The translations under genes and the position numbers were made by a program. Source: a virus (lineage: Duplodnaviria; Heunggongvirae; Uroviricota; Caudoviricetes). Taken from it: a stretch of 64,000 nucleotides of DNA. The notes beneath the pieces were generated by a model that was not told the origin of the DNA, did no database searches, and saw only the letters and a program-made list of their open reading frames with translations. Each line of letters begins with the position of its first letter. The first letter of the stretch is position 1. Below are positions 39,110-46,829 of the stretch, in pieces. The stretch is taken from IMG/VR virus record IMGVR_UViG_3300024268_000023, one strand, 5' to 3'.

Positions 39110-39320
39110 TATCCTCTTCGGTAATATCGCTTATCTGAAATACTAAATATTCCTCGCTATCCACTGTAATATACTCTTTTTCAAGAAGTTCGAATCCGTC
39201 AAGGTCTGCCACTTCAATATCAAAAACTTCTCTTGTTTCCGTATTTACTTTGCAATTAGTGGTTACTTCATAACCGCCATCCCAAACACTTGTAAATGTT
39301 GCGTTCTTAATCATAATCAA
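39090..39320 (-). CDS. hypothetical protein
   Basis: 76-aa acidic ORF. Confidence 0.35.
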   Translation of the reverse strand: MIMIKNATFTSVWDGGYEVTTNCKVNTETREVFDIEVADLDGFELLEKEYITVDSEEYLVFQISDITEEDNEFWYE

Positions 39321-39342
39321 CCCACCATTTCAAATTGTCGTT

Positions 39343-39480
39343 TTATTCTTCGGTTTCATTGTTGTTTGTAATAACAACATCAATATTGCAATTATCACAC
39401 CAATATTCGTAAATACCTTTCTCAAAAGGTTCGAGCCTTACTAATTCTTTGCCACATACAGGGCAATTAATTCTTTCCAT
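39343..39480 (-). CDS. small zinc-ribbon protein (45 aa)
   Basis: MERINCPVCGKEL...CDNCN. Below track cutoff. Confidence 0.35.
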   Translation of the reverse strand: MERINCPVCGKELVRLEPFEKGIYEYWCDNCNIDVVITNNNETEE

Positions 39481-39499
39481 AGAAATCACCTTCATAAAA

Positions 39500-39724
39500 T
39501 TATCCTTTGATTCCGTATTTCCGCTGAATCGCTATTTTTATATCCCCGCATTTTGTGCATTGCCAACATCTAGCACCTGTCCATGCCTCGCCATTGAGAA
39601 TTGCGGTAGCTAATAAACCTCGAAAAAAAGCGTCAGTTTCCTCATCTAACATCTCTCTATTGATGAATTTATGGGCAGTTTTTTCGCCGCAACCCCGGCA
39701 ATATATAAATTTTTGTATGCTCAT
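39500..39724 (-). CDS. zinc-ribbon protein
   Basis: CRGCGEK...CWQCTKCG. Confidence 0.4.
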   Translation of the reverse strand: MSIQKFIYCRGCGEKTAHKFINREMLDEETDAFFRGLLATAILNGEAWTGARCWQCTKCGDIKIAIQRKYGIKG

Positions 39725-40041
39725 TCTGATGCCTCCGGTCTACCAAAAATATCCCAACGAATAACATCTCCGTTAGATTTATATACAAATGTTGTTTTGC
39801 CTTTAACAACTAGCAAATCTCCATCTTCTTTGGCCAATTCAGCGGCGTTAATCATGGCGTCGAAAGCCAAGCCAAATTTACTGAACCTTTTAATAACTAC
39901 ACCATGATTGTCTTGAGTTTGCTCTAAAATAAAATCAACGCCAGTTTTCGATCTGTATGCTGTGCATTGTTCTACTGGCTGCATGTCATAAAGTCTGTCA
40001 ATGCAAGCAGCGTATTTTCTGCAATCTTCGCATAAGTTCAT
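39721..40041 (-). CDS. hypothetical protein
   Basis: 106-aa ORF. Confidence 0.4.
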   Translation of the reverse strand: MNLCEDCRKYAACIDRLYDMQPVEQCTAYRSKTGVDFILEQTQDNHGVVIKRFSKFGLAFDAMINAAELAKEDGDLLVVKGKTTFVYKSNGDVIRWDIFGRPEASE

Positions 40042-40286
40042 TTCGATTTCTCCTCATAGAGGTCTATATTGGCTATTTCATCAAGCTTTATTAAGATGGC
40101 ATTAATATCTTGTTCGCCAGTTACAATGTTAGCATCGATAAGCGCACTCTTAAATTTAAGGAAAGCTTCATGCCCGGTTTTATTTAAAACCCATTCGTTA
40201 TTATCATTTAAATAAAAAGGTTTTTTAGTTTTAAAATAATGGCATAATATACGGCCTAAAGTAATAGTTTTACTCAAATTAATCAC
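40038..40286 (-). CDS. hypothetical protein
   Basis: 82-aa ORF. Confidence 0.35.
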   Translation of the reverse strand: MINLSKTITLGRILCHYFKTKKPFYLNDNNEWVLNKTGHEAFLKFKSALIDANIVTGEQDINAILIKLDEIANIDLYEEKSK

Positions 40287-40289
40287 TCC

Positions 40290-40565
40290 TTAAGTCAAAT
40301 AATTATCAGCATAATCGAAATCATCGCAGCCATCATTTTCTTCGTCTTCACTACGAATACCATCGATATCAAAGGCATATTCGATTTGGTATCTTAAATC
40401 TCCGAGCGTACCTTCGGCTTCACGAAGTAAATCTGCGAATTGAATTAAATCCTGTTTTTCTCCTTGAACAACAAAATCATGTTCTTGAAAACGATAAATT
40501 TTTACTGGCATAATTGTTCCTCCAAAGGAATTTAATATTTCAATTTCGTTCCGCATTTGGAACAA
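40290..40565 (-). CDS. hypothetical acidic protein
   Basis: 91-aa ORF. Confidence 0.35.
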   Translation of the reverse strand: MFQMRNEIEILNSFGGTIMPVKIYRFQEHDFVVQGEKQDLIQFADLLREAEGTLGDLRYQIEYAFDIDGIRSEDEENDGCDDFDYADNYLT

Positions 40566-40903
40566 TATTCAGGCAAAGGATATTCTAGTTCACTTACACA
40601 ACATCTATCTTCAACAAAATTACTACAAACAGGGCACACATACGCATCTTGTTCTTCGTCATATACTACCCAATTGCAATCAATAGTTTCTAAATCTTCT
40701 TTTGAAAAGACGCCTTCTTCAATGCACTGTTCGACTTCTTCCTGTACCCAACAACATTCAACTTCATCAGGTGAATTACGAAGAATTTCAAACTCTCCTC
40801 TATCGTACGCAGCACTGATTCTTTCTTCTGCTTGGGTATAATTATCAGCTTCTACGGCGATAGTTTTTATGAATGTTTCTTTTACGTCAAAATAATATGT
40901 CAT
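40532..40903 (-). CDS. hypothetical Cys-rich acidic protein
   Basis: 123 aa with C-terminal CPVC...CSKCG. Confidence 0.4.
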   Translation of the reverse strand: MTYYFDVKETFIKTIAVEADNYTQAEERISAAYDRGEFEILRNSPDEVECCWVQEEVEQCIEEGVFSKEDLETIDCNWVVYDEEQDAYVCPVCSNFVEDRCCVSELEYPLPEYCSKCGTKLKY

Positions 40904-40935
40904 TAAAAATACTCCTCCAAACGTGCATTTTATTT

Positions 40936-41412
40936 TTATATCAATTCTTCTATTCCTACACCATTTTTAGGTTTTGGAGGATTCGCTTCATAAACCCACT
41001 GGAGAAAGGCTTCCTCATCAAATGCGGGAATTATTGCCGCCCTGATTGCACCGTACCCATTCATGAAATCGGCTTCCCAGAGATCGTCGGAATCTTCACC
41101 ATCTCCGCTAAGATGAAAAATTACTTCAGGAAACAGTTTAGAGATGCTCTGCATATCTTCATAATAATCATACCATTTCATATCATCATTAAGAAAACTT
41201 GAGTTAATTTCATCTTCAATATCAGTGATTTCAAATTCTCTTCCTTCGTAGCCTTGAACATAGATTTTTCCATCTCGTTCATAGGGATGTCTTTTATCTG
41301 AAGGGTCGATTTCTTCATCATACATACATTTATAGAATGCTTTATAAATATCAATAAACTGGTTTGGTTTAGCGTTATCAATACTGATGCTAAAGTATGT
41401 GTAATATCCCAT
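40936..41412 (-). CDS. hypothetical protein (ends ...GIEELI)
   Basis: 158 aa with the shared C-terminal motif. Confidence 0.45.
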   Translation of the reverse strand: MGYYTYFSISIDNAKPNQFIDIYKAFYKCMYDEEIDPSDKRHPYERDGKIYVQGYEGREFEITDIEDEINSSFLNDDMKWYDYYEDMQSISKLFPEVIFHLSGDGEDSDDLWEADFMNGYGAIRAAIIPAFDEEAFLQWVYEANPPKPKNGVGIEELI

Positions 41413-41437
41413 TTAATTTTCCTCCTTAATTTATTTT

Positions 41438-41513
41438 TGGTTGGGGTGGCGGGATTCGAACCCACGAGATGCAGGAGTCAAAGTCCTGTGCCTTACCGCT
41501 TGGCGACACCCCA
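41438..41513 (-). tRNA. tRNA-Gln(TTG)
   Basis: Hand-folded cloverleaf close to E. coli tRNA-Gln (UGGGGUGUCGCCAAGCGGUAAGG...). Anticodon loop CTTTGAC. CCA is encoded. Confidence 0.7.
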
Positions 41514-41516
41514 GTG

Positions 41517-41592
41517 TGGAGCTTCTATACGGAATCGAACCGTAAACCTGTTCATTACGAATGAACCGCTCTGCCAGTTGAGCTATAGAAGC
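41517..41592 (-). tRNA. tRNA-Thr(CGT)
   Basis: Acceptor GCTTCTA/TAGAAGC. D-arm GCTC-AACTGGCA-GAGC. Anticodon stem GTTCA/TGAAC with loop TTCGTAA. T-arm TACGG-TTCGATT-CCGTA. Confidence 0.6.
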
Positions 41593-41671
41593 AAGCTTAA
41601 GCTGGTTATCTCAAAAAACGGTACCGACGCGAGCGCCAATTCCTGGAAACCAGATAACCATGGTTTTGAGC

Positions 41672-41747
41672 TGGTGGGCCTTGAGGGACTCGAACCCCCA
41701 ACCAACCGCTTATGAGGCGGCTCCTCTGCCAGTTGAGCTAAAGGCCC
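41672..41747 (-). tRNA. tRNA-Met(CAT) (elongator or Ile-lysidine type)
   Basis: Acceptor GGGCCTT/AAGGCCC. Anticodon loop CTCATAA. T-loop TTCGAGT. Confidence 0.6.
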
Positions 41748-41856
41748 AGAAAGACGCGGTCTTTCCCGCCGTCAGCCGACTTTCATCGGCAATTTTATGA
41801 AGAATAAAAAAGCAGCGGCATCTGTACCCTCGCAAGAAAGGATAAAAGATGGCCTT

Positions 41857-41939
41857 GGTGCGCCTGACAGGACTTGAACCCGCAAGCCATTCGACACCAG
41901 ATCCTAAATCTGGCGCGTTTGCCATTTCGCCACAGGCGC
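41857..41939 (-). tRNA. tRNA-Leu(TAG)
   Basis: Acceptor GCGCCTG/CAGGCGC. Anticodon loop TTTAGGA. Long variable arm. 83 nt. Confidence 0.65.
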
Positions 41940-42283
41940 ATTTTCGCTGAAGTGGGGCGGAGATTGCGCCGCCCCACGCCCGGTCAGTTTTTATTTTACC
42001 GACGTGTCAGAACCGTCACACGTCATCACAACAGCGGAAGGTGTTTAGGTGAGCACCTTCAAGCTCAATTGCTACTCGCCTCACGAGCACATAAACACAG
42101 GAGGGTTGCAATTTCCTCATCTCCAATAATGGCGACGGCAGCACGTTCCGTCCTCTGTGCGTGGGGCAACATCAGTGGCGACACTTATTTCACAACCACC
42201 ATAAGAACCTGCACCAGCGCAGGCACCGGTACAGTAAGAAATTAGTTACCGATTTCTTATGCGAAGTGTCTTTAATGCGAATG

Positions 42284-42357
42284 GAGCGGATAACGGGAGT
42301 CGAACCCGCCTATCCAGCTTGGGAAGCTGGCATTCTACCGATGAACTATATCCGCAA
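42284..42357 (-). tRNA. tRNA-Gly(CCC)
   Basis: Acceptor GCGGATA/TATCCGC. Anticodon stem CCAGC/GCTGG with loop TTCCCAA. Confidence 0.65.
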
Positions 42358-42429
42358 GTAGGCGTGGCAGACTATAAAGCGGCCTGCCGGCGCTTTGAAA
42401 AAGGAGGGATTATGATTAATACTTATACT

Positions 42430-42504
42430 TGGAGCTGGTGGACGGATTTGAACCCCCAACCTGCTGATTACAAATCAGCTGCACTGCCATTGTGCTACAC
42501 CAGC
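42430..42504 (-). tRNA. tRNA-Thr(TGT)
   Basis: Acceptor GCTGGTG/CACCAGC. Anticodon stem GCTGA/TCAGC with loop TTTGTAA. Confidence 0.65.
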
Positions 42505-42558
42505 GCATGCCCTCGTCTTTCCGAGGCGTCAGCCTTGTACTGAGGCAAGATACATATC

Positions 42559-42628
42559 TCATGGCGGCAGGAATCGAACCTGAGACACGCCCCTCTCTGG
42601 GCTGCTCTACCAACTGAGCTACGCCATG
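42559..42628 (-). tRNA. degenerate/short tRNA-like gene (70 nt, anticodon arm not foldable by hand)
   Basis: Perfect 7-bp acceptor CATGGCG/CGCCATG. Canonical D-arm GCTC-AGTTGGTA-GAGC and T-loop TTCGATT. The 19 nt between the D- and T-arms do not form a standard anticodon stem. CCA is not encoded. Confidence 0.3.
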
Positions 42629-42711
42629 TTGTTTGAGGATTTATTTTACAACTAATCCTCAAAAGTTGTTATGAAAGGAATCGCTTTTGTTTTGGAAATT
42701 TAATTTCCAAA

Positions 42712-42795
42712 CTGGTGCCGGGCAGGGGACTCGAACCCCTACGAATTGCTCGTCAGGGCTTAAACCTGATGTGTCTGCCAATTTCACCACCCCGG
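42712..42795 (-). tRNA. tRNA-Leu(TAA)
   Basis: Anticodon stem TCAGG/CCTGA with loop TTTAAGC. Long variable arm. T-arm AGGGG-TTCGAGT-CCCCT. 84 nt. Confidence 0.6.
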
Positions 42796-42799
42796 CTTA

Positions 42800-43204
42800 T
42801 TACGACACCAATTGTTTTTCTCTTCTGTATTTTCCTATGCAACTCTTAGAGCAGAAAGGGCCTAATTGGCGTCTATATCTATTCCCATAATAATTTTGTT
42901 GCTGTTTAGCCGTCCATAAAAATTCTTTTCCGCAATAAACACAAACAGCAACTTTATCATGGTACTTCGATGGCATATGTTGACGTTGATGTTCACCATG
43001 CATAATAATTTGTAGGTTATCTAATTCATTATTCAATGGGTTTCCATCAATATGGTGAACGTCTTCTTCGGGTAATAATTCACGCCCAAGAAATTGTTCC
43101 ATTAAAAAACGAGGATAGGAAATTACTTTTTTCGATTCTTTAATATAAACCCTTTGTCTGCCGTCTTTACATGTATAGACAGTATAATCTAGGCCTTCAA
43201 TCAA
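42800..43204 (-). CDS. HNH homing endonuclease
   Basis: HHIDGNPLNNELDNLQ...HGEH motif (HNH with the Asn/His spacing). C-terminal Cys4 zinc finger. Embedded in the tRNA array. Confidence 0.75.
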   Translation of the reverse strand: MIEGLDYTVYTCKDGRQRVYIKESKKVISYPRFLMEQFLGRELLPEEDVHHIDGNPLNNELDNLQIIMHGEHQRQHMPSKYHDKVAVCVYCGKEFLWTAKQQQNYYGNRYRRQLGPFCSKSCIGKYRREKQLVS

Positions 43205-43359
43205 ATGGCATCATCCTTTCATATTACGACCCGCAGTGCTTATAACCCTCTACTCAGCACTTGATTTCTCCCGATTAGTTATGCCATCTAACCGCAATAG
43301 AAATCGTTCCCAATTCTACATTCAAAGGAGGGTGTCTATTATAATAATGTATAATAGAT

Positions 43360-43437
43360 TGGTGCCGGTGGTGGGATTCGAACCCACAGAAAAACGCATT
43401 TTGAGTACGCCCCGTTTGCCAATTACGACACACCGGC
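43360..43437 (-). tRNA. tRNA with ambiguous anticodon (CAA in a class-I body, or UCA opal-suppressor-like)
   Basis: Good acceptor (GCCGGTG/CACCGGC) and T-arm (GTGGG-TTCGAAT-CCCAC). Anticodon region GGCGTACTCAAAATGCG folds either with loop CTCAAAA (CAA) or loop ACTCAAA (UCA, with C33). There is no long variable arm, so it is not a normal tRNA-Leu. Confidence 0.4.
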
Positions 43438-43446
43438 ATTTTTATT

Positions 43447-43554
43447 TGGTGGCAAGGGTAGGATTTGAACCTACGAAGTTCTACGAGCGCACGCTAGCCA
43501 GCTCTACGAACGGGAATTTACGGTTCCCTTCTTTGACCACTTGAATACCTTAAC
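43447..43554 (-). tRNA. tRNA-like element, possibly tRNA-Tyr(GTA) with an unusually long (~37 nt) variable region, or a 3' tRNA fragment
   Basis: Clear 3' end (T-arm GTAGG-TTCAAAT-CCTAC, acceptor CCTTGCC, A, CCA). An anticodon-like hairpin GGGAA-CCGTAAA-TTCCC lies 50 nt upstream. The best 5' acceptor partner (GTTAAGG) makes the whole element 108 nt. Confidence 0.3.
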
Positions 43555-43561
43555 CATGTGA

Positions 43562-43639
43562 TGGTGGGGATGACAGGATTTGAACCTGCGGCTTCCTGTT
43601 CCCAAAACAGGAGCTCTAACCAAACTGAGCCACATCCCC
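43562..43639 (-). tRNA. tRNA-Pro(TGG)
   Basis: Acceptor GGGGATG/CATCCCC. D-arm GCTC-AGTTTGGTTA-GAGC. Anticodon stem CCTGT/ACAGG with loop TTTGGGA. CCA encoded. Confidence 0.7.
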
Positions 43640-43728
43640 AGATTTGCGCCGAGCGCCAACTCGGTGCAAATTTGCGAAACAACACAAATAAATGATATTT
43701 TGTTCCTCTTTTGCATTCCCCTTACGGG

Positions 43729-43804
43729 TGGGTCGAGGGGTAGGACTCGAACCTACGACTTTTAGCTTATGAGGCTAAATTGCTACCACTGCATCACCCT
43801 CGGA
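43729..43804 (-). tRNA. tRNA-Met(CAT), initiator-like (C1:A72 mismatch)
   Basis: Anticodon stem TTAGC/GCTAA with loop CTCATAA. The first acceptor pair is C:A, as in bacterial initiator tRNA. T-arm GTAGG-TTCGAGT-CCTAC. Confidence 0.55.
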
Positions 43805-43818
43805 TTTTTGCAATACTA

Positions 43819-43965
43819 TTTATTTTTGCTTTCGTCTTCAAAGAAGAAATCCCCACCAGTCTCCGGGTGTGTCCACAAACCATTGCCTAAATAGTATCTG
43901 CCTTGTTCGTCGTCTTCTCTGCTTTTGTTCATTTGATCATAATTAAGACCAAGTCCCATGACGTC
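43819..43965 (-). CDS. small hypothetical protein (~48 aa)
   Basis: AAAGGAGG RBS before the ATG (MGLGLNYDQMNKSREDD...). Sits between tRNA genes. Confidence 0.3.
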
Positions 43966-44022
43966 CTGCCTCCTTTCTATTGTTTCAGATGTTTTTTGAA
44001 GAGGGAATTAAAAAATTCCTTT

Positions 44023-44111
44023 GGCGGAGAGAGGGGGATTCGAACCCCCGCACGCTTTTACACGCCTATCGGTTTTCAAGACCGAACCCTTCAACCACTT
44101 GGGTATCTCTC
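44023..44111 (-). tRNA. tRNA-Ser(TGA)
   Basis: Acceptor GGAGAGA/TCTCTCC. Anticodon stem TCGGT/ACCGA with loop CTTGAAA. Long variable arm. 89 nt. Confidence 0.65.
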
Positions 44112-44169
44112 CACGCATGTGGGCTGATTGAATTATCTGGTCAATATTAATTCAAACTTTAGCGAAACA

Positions 44170-44250
44170 ATAAAACTCCCGAAAATAACCTGTCACACTT
44201 TCCGCCACAGTTTTGCTACAAGAATGTTTGAAGCAGGGAATGTACCTGGT
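44170..44250 (+). pseudogene. fragment of a tyrosine-integrase gene (catalytic-domain remnant)
   Basis: Encodes KITCHTFRHSFATRMFEAG, which is 16/20 identical to the window's integrase (ITCHTFRHTFATRLFESG) and about 75% identical at the nucleotide level. The remaining N-terminal ~350 codons of an integrase are absent, and the reading frame stops shortly downstream. Confidence 0.55.
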
Positions 44251-44319
44251 TCAAATTTCCAGATTTTTTACGTGTCAGCCCAACACGGAAAGCATTTTCT
44301 TTCGGCTTTTGCCTAGTCA

Positions 44320-44935
44320 GTCTGTGGTTACATGCTTTTCTTAACCCTCGTGCAAAGCTCCACAGATGTACGGAACTGACCCCATCATCTGCTTCATCGC
44401 TCGCCCCCGCCGAGCTTTTTGCAACAACGGGCAGCTTTGAACTCGGCCTTTTATTAGTCGCTTGCCGAGTAGCGACAAACATTTCACGCATCGAATAATT
44501 TATATACCGCACCATCGATAAGCGGTCTTTGTTTAAGTCCACATTAAGGCAGGGAATCACCTCGCCGAACTAGTCGGCTCCAGAACTCGTGACCAAAGAT
44601 TGGAACGAATTCGACGACCCTTTCTGCACATGGCAGACGGGCTAAAGCAAGATCTTACTTAAGACGAATAGCTATGCATTTCGTCTCTGGAATGCCGCTG
44701 TTAAGCGCAACGGCTTAGAAGCTATTCTCACATTCTGTGACGCATGGACGTTTCGCTGCTGAGTCTCGTGATGCCGTTGGCGTTAGCCATTAGGCATCTT
44801 CGTCGACTCAGCAGTCGAAACCCGAGCGCTCGTTCTCTCCTCCTAGGCGTGCCAGTGGCACGGCACGCCCTGGAGGAGAGTAACGAAAAAATCTTTGTGA
44901 TATTTTTTGTTTACTCCAGGTTACACCATAAAGCT
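44320..44935. ncRNA. GC-rich structured non-coding element A (~600 nt)
   Basis: GC content clearly above the flanking sequence. Multiple long inverted repeats (CTGCTGAGTC...GACTCAGCAG; CTCCTAGGCGTGCC...GGCACGCCCTGGAGGAG). No credible ORF. The right end carries the GGTYACACC motif shared with elements B and C. Confidence 0.4.
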
Positions 44936-45041
44936 TGGAACATTTACTAATTTTTACGGGATATATTGTCCATGTAAGCCTATTCTAATTAATTCATAAT
45001 ATATCTCGGTTCCAATATGCAATGTGAGCTTTTAATTTATC

Positions 45042-45302
45042 TTATATATAAAAGCTTGCGACAACAGGGTTATCGTAGCTAATAAGTCCTCTCTTTGAAA
45101 GTTCTTCATAGAAATAATCTATAAAAGAATCTTCGTCGAACTCCTCTTCTTCAAGATATGTATCGAGAGCGTCCTGGATTTCTCGCTTTTCTTCAGCCGT
45201 AAGTTCTCTTGTCACATCATAGGAAACAATAATTTCACCGTAGCCTGCATTATTGCAAAGGTTTACTTTCATGCAAATTCCTCCATTTTCACGATTTATC
45301 AA
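45042..45302 (-). CDS. hypothetical acidic protein
   Basis: 86-aa ORF. Confidence 0.4.
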   Translation of the reverse strand: MINRENGGICMKVNLCNNAGYGEIIVSYDVTRELTAEEKREIQDALDTYLEEEEFDEDSFIDYFYEELSKRGLISYDNPVVASFYI

Positions 45303-45607
45303 TACCTCTTCTCAAAGGCATAATCATCAATGTCAAGCATTTCCTTGAGGGCTTGAGCTTGTGGGGAATTTTCCAAGACGCGAGCCATTAGATGTACAGC
45401 ATATTCTCCGTCTTGAAGTTCGTTGTCACAAAATTCACCATAGCAGGCAAAACATTCTCCGCTATAATCCTCATCTTCTGCGACAAGTTCCATTTCCTCG
45501 AGCTCGTATCGGCGTTCCTCGCACCATTCCTTTTTATATTCTTTGTAAAGAAGAGCCGGAAGCTCATCCTCAATTTCAAGATACATTGGATTCAAAACTC
45601 CTTTCAT
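45299..45607 (-). CDS. hypothetical acidic Cys-containing protein
   Basis: 102-aa ORF with a start overlapping the previous stop. Confidence 0.4.
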   Translation of the reverse strand: MKGVLNPMYLEIEDELPALLYKEYKKEWCEERRYELEEMELVAEDEDYSGECFACYGEFCDNELQDGEYAVHLMARVLENSPQAQALKEMLDIDDYAFEKRY

Positions 45608-45905
45608 TTTATAAAATATGTTTGATAACTTATCACACTTGCGGGCGCCGGCGTCGTAGGGCCCATAGCCTGATGGGCATGAGCTTTACCGTGTTAGATG
45701 TGTTTCATCGCAGATTTTTCAGGAAGGCTGCGGGTTAACTTTTTGATTTCTTTCGGGATACATGTGTAATCCTAGAATTCATGATCATCCGCCAGCTGCT
45801 GGAGTTCAGCAGTGCCTTCGCTTCCCAGACCTCGCAGGGTTGGTTACCTCCGGAGGCGTGGTACCCTTCTTTCTGCTAATTTTTTACTTTTGGTCACACC
45901 AAGAA
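45608..45905. ncRNA. GC-rich structured non-coding element B (~300 nt)
   Basis: GC-rich with a CTGCTGGAGTTCAGCAG hairpin. The right end (CTAATTTTTTACTTTTGGTCACACCAAGAAG) is homologous to element C (CTAATCATTTTCTTTTGGTCACACCTAAAAAA), with identical TTTTGGTCACACC. Confidence 0.4.
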
Positions 45906-45952
45906 GCATCAATTGTTATTACGCAATTGATTATGCTTATCAAACAATGGTT

Positions 45953-46219
45953 TTATATAATTTCTTCTATATTAATAACTTCAAGAGAAGCTACAAGCGT
46001 ATGCTCAGGGCAATTCCATCCTGAATCAACATCAAGTATTTGCCCAGTCTCATCATCATCCAGATAATGTCCTTCATTCCAATCTTCGAATTCTACTCCG
46101 TACCAGGGTTCCTCTTCGTCTTCCATAAACTCTCTGATGATTCCAGTTTTGCCAAGCAATGAATATTCACCATCAGGCACGGCTATACATTTAACTACCT
46201 GTCCATATTTAAATTTCAT
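45953..46219 (-). CDS. small paralog-family protein 1 (ends VINIEEII)
   Basis: 88 aa starting MKFKYGQVVKC. First member of a tandem array of 11 related small genes. Confidence 0.55.
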   Translation of the reverse strand: MKFKYGQVVKCIAVPDGEYSLLGKTGIIREFMEDEEEPWYGVEFEDWNEGHYLDDDETGQILDVDSGWNCPEHTLVASLEVINIEEII

Positions 46220-46233
46220 AAACTAGACTTCCT

Positions 46234-46539
46234 TTATATAATTTCTTTTATATTGACTGATTCAAAGAGCGGAGCTAAAACGTCAGGGGAACAGTACCAT
46301 CCTGTTAAAGGTGAAACCCACTCTTGTTCTTTATCATCGAAGATTGCGTGTCCGTCTCTAATTGGTTTATCAAAACAGACACCGACCCAATCATTCCTAT
46401 CGTTCTGATTTCCAAATCCTTTACGATTAACGCATAAGACTGTTCCAACTAGGCCAACAAAGGAACGACCTCGCTCGGTATCGGTTATGTCGGTTGGTTT
46501 TTTGGTGCATCTGACTCTCTGCCCATAATGGAATTTCAT
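46234..46539 (-). CDS. small paralog-family protein 2 (ends SVNIKEII)
   Basis: 101 aa starting MKFHYGQRVRC. Confidence 0.55.
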   Translation of the reverse strand: MKFHYGQRVRCTKKPTDITDTERGRSFVGLVGTVLCVNRKGFGNQNDRNDWVGVCFDKPIRDGHAIFDDKEQEWVSPLTGWYCSPDVLAPLFESVNIKEII

Positions 46540-46814
46540 ATGAGTTCATCAACTCCAATCGGCATTTCAAGAAGGATTAAGGTTTTTGGAGGGCAATACC
46601 AACCATGATCCCACGCTATGGCCTCACCGGTTTCTGCATCGTCAAGAGAGTGTCCGTTTTCAATTTCTTCATCAAATTCAACCCCGGGCCAAAGCTCGTC
46701 TTCTGAATCATAAGATGTTGTAAAATCACGGACTGTACCTATTTGCCCTACCACGGAACCATTTCCGTCAGCAACATCTATGCAACGTACTCTTTGACCG
46801 TAATAAAACTGCAT
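46536..46814 (-). CDS. small paralog-family protein 3 (ends PIGVDELI)
   Basis: 92 aa starting MQFYYGQRVRC. ATGA start/stop overlap with the neighbour. Confidence 0.55.
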   Translation of the reverse strand: MQFYYGQRVRCIDVADGNGSVVGQIGTVRDFTTSYDSEDELWPGVEFDEEIENGHSLDDAETGEAIAWDHGWYCPPKTLILLEMPIGVDELI

Positions 46815-46829
46815 TTTGACTACCTCCTT

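Noticed and set aside
41940-42270. Possible tmRNA or other ncRNA in the 330-bp gap between tRNA-Leu(TAG) and tRNA-Gly.
   Set aside because: No tRNA-like 3' domain, tag-peptide reading frame or resume codon context could be found by eye. Only a GGGGCGG...CCGCCCC hairpin at 41951-41972. Left unassigned.
41437-44560. Plus- and minus-strand ORFs of 60-125 aa overlapping the tRNA array and GC-rich elements (for example 41437..41715, 41874..42245, 42259..42543, 43236..43544, 43504..43716, 44216..44560).
   Set aside because: They run through well-folded tRNA genes or GC-rich structured DNA. They have no RBS and show Arg/Pro/Gly-rich translations typical of GC-rich non-coding sequence.
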